Positions 61,915-64,000 of a stretch of DNA of 64,000 bases are shown one piece after another (position 1 is the first letter of the stretch; each line of letters opens with the position of its first letter). The translations under genes and the position numbers were made by a program. The stretch covers positions 160,001 through 224,000 of the forward strand of contig JBFLWF010000001.1 in the NCBI GenBank assembly GCA_040758355.1, written 5' to 3'. The stretch is from Nitrospirota bacterium. Its GTDB lineage: Bacteria; Nitrospirota; Thermodesulfovibrionia; Thermodesulfovibrionales; Dissulfurispiraceae. The notes beneath the pieces are model-generated. The model saw nothing but the letters and a program-made list of their open reading frames with translations, was not told the DNA's origin and did no database searches.

Positions 61915-61998
61915 TGCCGAAGGCGGGAGTCGAACCCGCACGGCCTTTCGACCACTAGACCCTGAACCTAGCGCGTCTGCCAATTCCGCCACTTCGGC
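61915..61998 (-). tRNA. tRNA-Leu(CAG), CCA not encoded
   Basis: gccgaagtggcggaattggcagacgcgctaggttCAGggtctag..gggttcgactcccgccttcggca; long variable arm. Confidence 0.96.
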
Positions 61999-62053
61999 TG
62001 GTTTTATTTTACCATAAATCTTATAAATGAGGATGTGTTAAAATATTCAGACT

Positions 62054-63745
62054 ATGGAAATAACGACCCCTAATTTTATTCGCAATATTGTCGCAGAAGA
62101 CGTGGCTGCAGGAAAGCATGGCGGCAAGGTAATTACAAGATTCCCGCCTGAACCGAACGGCTATCTGCACATAGGGCACGCCAAATCCATATGCCTTAAC
62201 TTCGGTCTTGCTGCCGAATTCGGCGGTATCTGCAATCTCAGATTTGATGATACAAATCCAAGCAAAGAGGAACAGGAATATGTTGACTCGATAATTGAGG
62301 ATGTCCGCTGGCTGGGCTTTGACTGGGGAGACAGGCTTTATTATGCATCTGACTATTTTGACAAGCTGTACGAATGGGCAGTGCAGTTAATAAAAATGGG
62401 CAAGGCATATGTCTGCGACCTGAGTGCCGAAGAAATACGGGAATACCGCGGAACCTTGACAGAACCCGGAAAAGAGAGCCCTTATCGCAACCGCTCAGTG
62501 GAGGAAAACCTCGACCTCTTTGAGCGTATGCGTAAAGGGGAGTTTCCAGACGGCTTAAAAACCTTGCGCGCAAAGATCGATATGTCATCAGGCAATATCA
62601 ATATGCGCGACCCTGTGATGTACCGCGTCAAACACGAGGATCACCACCGCACAGGGAACAAATGGTGCATATACCCTATGTATGATTATGCACACGGACA
62701 GAGCGATTCCATAGAGGGCGTTACGCATTCCATATGCACGATGGAGTATGAAGACCACAGGCCTTTGTACGACTGGTTTTTAGACCAGTTGAATGTATTT
62801 CATCCACAACAGATTGAGTTTGCACGCCTGAACTTAAGCCATACTGTATTAAGCAAGAGAAGGCTTTTAAAACTGGTGAATGAGGGATATGTCAAAGGAT
62901 GGAATGACCCGAGGATGCCGACCCTTGCAGGCATGAGAAGGCGAGGATACACGCCTGATGCAATCAGAAATTTCTGCAACCGCATCGGCATTGCCAAAAA
63001 AGAAAGCCTCGTGGATATGGGACTCCTTGAGTATTGCGTGCGCGAGCATTTAAACAAGGTTGCTCCAAGGGTAATGGCTGTGCTGCGCCCGCTTAAGGTT
63101 GTAATTACAAACTATCCTGATGTTTGGCCTGAAGGTCAGGAAGAATACCTCGATGCAATAAACAACCCCGAAGACCCGAATGCAGGGACAAGAAAGGTTC
63201 CATTCTCAAAGGTGCTTTATATAGAAAAAGACGACTTCATGGAAACCCCTCCAAAGCAATTCTTTCGTCTCGCTCCAGGACGTGAAGTAAGGCTGAGGTA
63301 TGCCTATTTCATTAAATGCGAGAATGTTGTGAAGGATGAAAACGGAGAGATAGTCGAACTCCACTGCACCTATGATCCTGCCACAAGGGGCGGCGATGCG
63401 CCTGATGGCCGAAAGGTCAAGGCAACGCTGCACTGGGTCTCTGCTCCTCATGCCATCGAAGCCGAAGTCAGGCTTTATGACCACCTCTTTGTTAAAGAAG
63501 ATCCAAACGATGTTGAAGAAGGTAAAGATTTCACGGATTACATAAATCCAAAATCCCTCGAAGTGCTGAAATCATGCAAGCTTGAGCCTTCCTTGAAAGA
63601 CGCAAAACCCGGAGACAGGTTCCAGTTCGAGCGCCTTGGCTATTTCTGCGTTGACACAGTTGATTCAACACCGGGAAAACCTGTCTTCAACCGCATCGTT
63701 ACCCTGAAAGACGAATGGACAAAGATTCAGAAGGGGAAGAAGTAA
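62054..63745 (+). CDS. glnS: Glutaminyl-tRNA synthetase
   Basis: [36 protein letters not shown]. Confidence 0.97.
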   Translation: MEITTPNFIRNIVAEDVAAGKHGGKVITRFPPEPNGYLHIGHAKSICLNFGLAAEFGGICNLRFDDTNPSKEEQEYVDSIIEDVRWLGFDWGDRLYYASDYFDKLYEWAVQLIKMGKAYVCDLSAEEIREYRGTLTEPGKESPYRNRSVEENLDLFERMRKGEFPDGLKTLRAKIDMSSGNINMRDPVMYRVKHEDHHRTGNKWCIYPMYDYAHGQSDSIEGVTHSICTMEYEDHRPLYDWFLDQLNVFHPQQIEFARLNLSHTVLSKRRLLKLVNEGYVKGWNDPRMPTLAGMRRRGYTPDAIRNFCNRIGIAKKESLVDMGLLEYCVREHLNKVAPRVMAVLRPLKVVITNYPDVWPEGQEEYLDAINNPEDPNAGTRKVPFSKVLYIEKDDFMETPPKQFFRLAPGREVRLRYAYFIKCENVVKDENGEIVELHCTYDPATRGGDAPDGRKVKATLHWVSAPHAIEAEVRLYDHLFVKEDPNDVEEGKDFTDYINPKSLEVLKSCKLEPSLKDAKPGDRFQFERLGYFCVDTVDSTPGKPVFNRIVTLKDEWTKIQKGKK

Positions 63746-63760
63746 GACTACAGGTGTTGT

Positions 63761-64000
63761 ATGAAAACCTACGAGTATATTAACGATTTCATGTATTTTA
63801 TGATAAGGCCTGATAAAAGCAGAGGCGATGGTGCATTCATCTATTGTTCCGGCGTTAATTTGTTTCGTTTCCTCCCCATTACAAAGGGGCGGCATGGTCT
63901 TGGCTCAAATCCTGCCATGAGGGGGCTTCAACTTGTAAATATGGGTATCAGGAACATGGCACTGTCAAAAGGAGCAACTCCAAAGGCTATTCGAGGAGAT
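63761..64000 (+). CDS. Hypothetical protein, truncated by the window end
   Basis: Open for 80 codons, MKTYEYINDFMYFMIRPDK..; weak SD aggtg. Confidence 0.55.
   Translation, partial: MKTYEYINDFMYFMIRPDKSRGDGAFIYCSGVNLFRFLPITKGRHGLGSNPAMRGLQLVNMGIRNMALSKGATPKAIRGD

Noticed and set aside
61758..61958. 66-aa plus-strand ORF
   Set aside because: Antisense to tRNA-Leu and to the better-supported coupled micro-ORF.

Overview
Chromosomal window from an anaerobic sulfur-cycling bacterium, most likely Nitrospirota/Thermodesulfovibrionia (inferred from DsrAB type, gene order and tmRNA tag; not verified by search). In order it holds: 5' part of smc; dsrABD; an inserted HAMP / 7-heme cytochrome / HAMP trio; dsrN, a Zn-ribbon+HEAT gene, dsrC-T-M-K-J-O-P and a ferredoxin; a convergent dsrH/E/F-like + tusA sulfur-relay operon; a ~20 kb cobalamin-riboswitch-controlled cobamide operon (CobF but no CbiD, a BPL_N-type orphan, a ThiC paralogue that is probably BzaF); tmRNA-smpB; housekeeping genes (aat, hfq, guaBA, ispA, dxs, tlyA, ODC, speE, CIRCE-hrcA-grpE-dnaK-dnaJ, rsmE, rsfS, rlmH, lapAB fusion); a protein-only RNase P (HARP) converging on an Rnl3 RNA ligase behind tRNA-Leu; and glnS. 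The strongest unexplained signal is more than 30 short degenerate 7/8/9-bp tandem arrays from about 12 unrelated motif families written in frame into loops and linkers of conserved genes. Some form inverted pairs, some supply stop or start codons, and two build the CbiM and CbiN leader peptides. Also seen: a ~210-bp palindromic intergenic element in 3 copies, an ATA-initiated rsfS, and a small gene with a sigma28-like promoter. All calls come from motif recognition only; no database searches were run.
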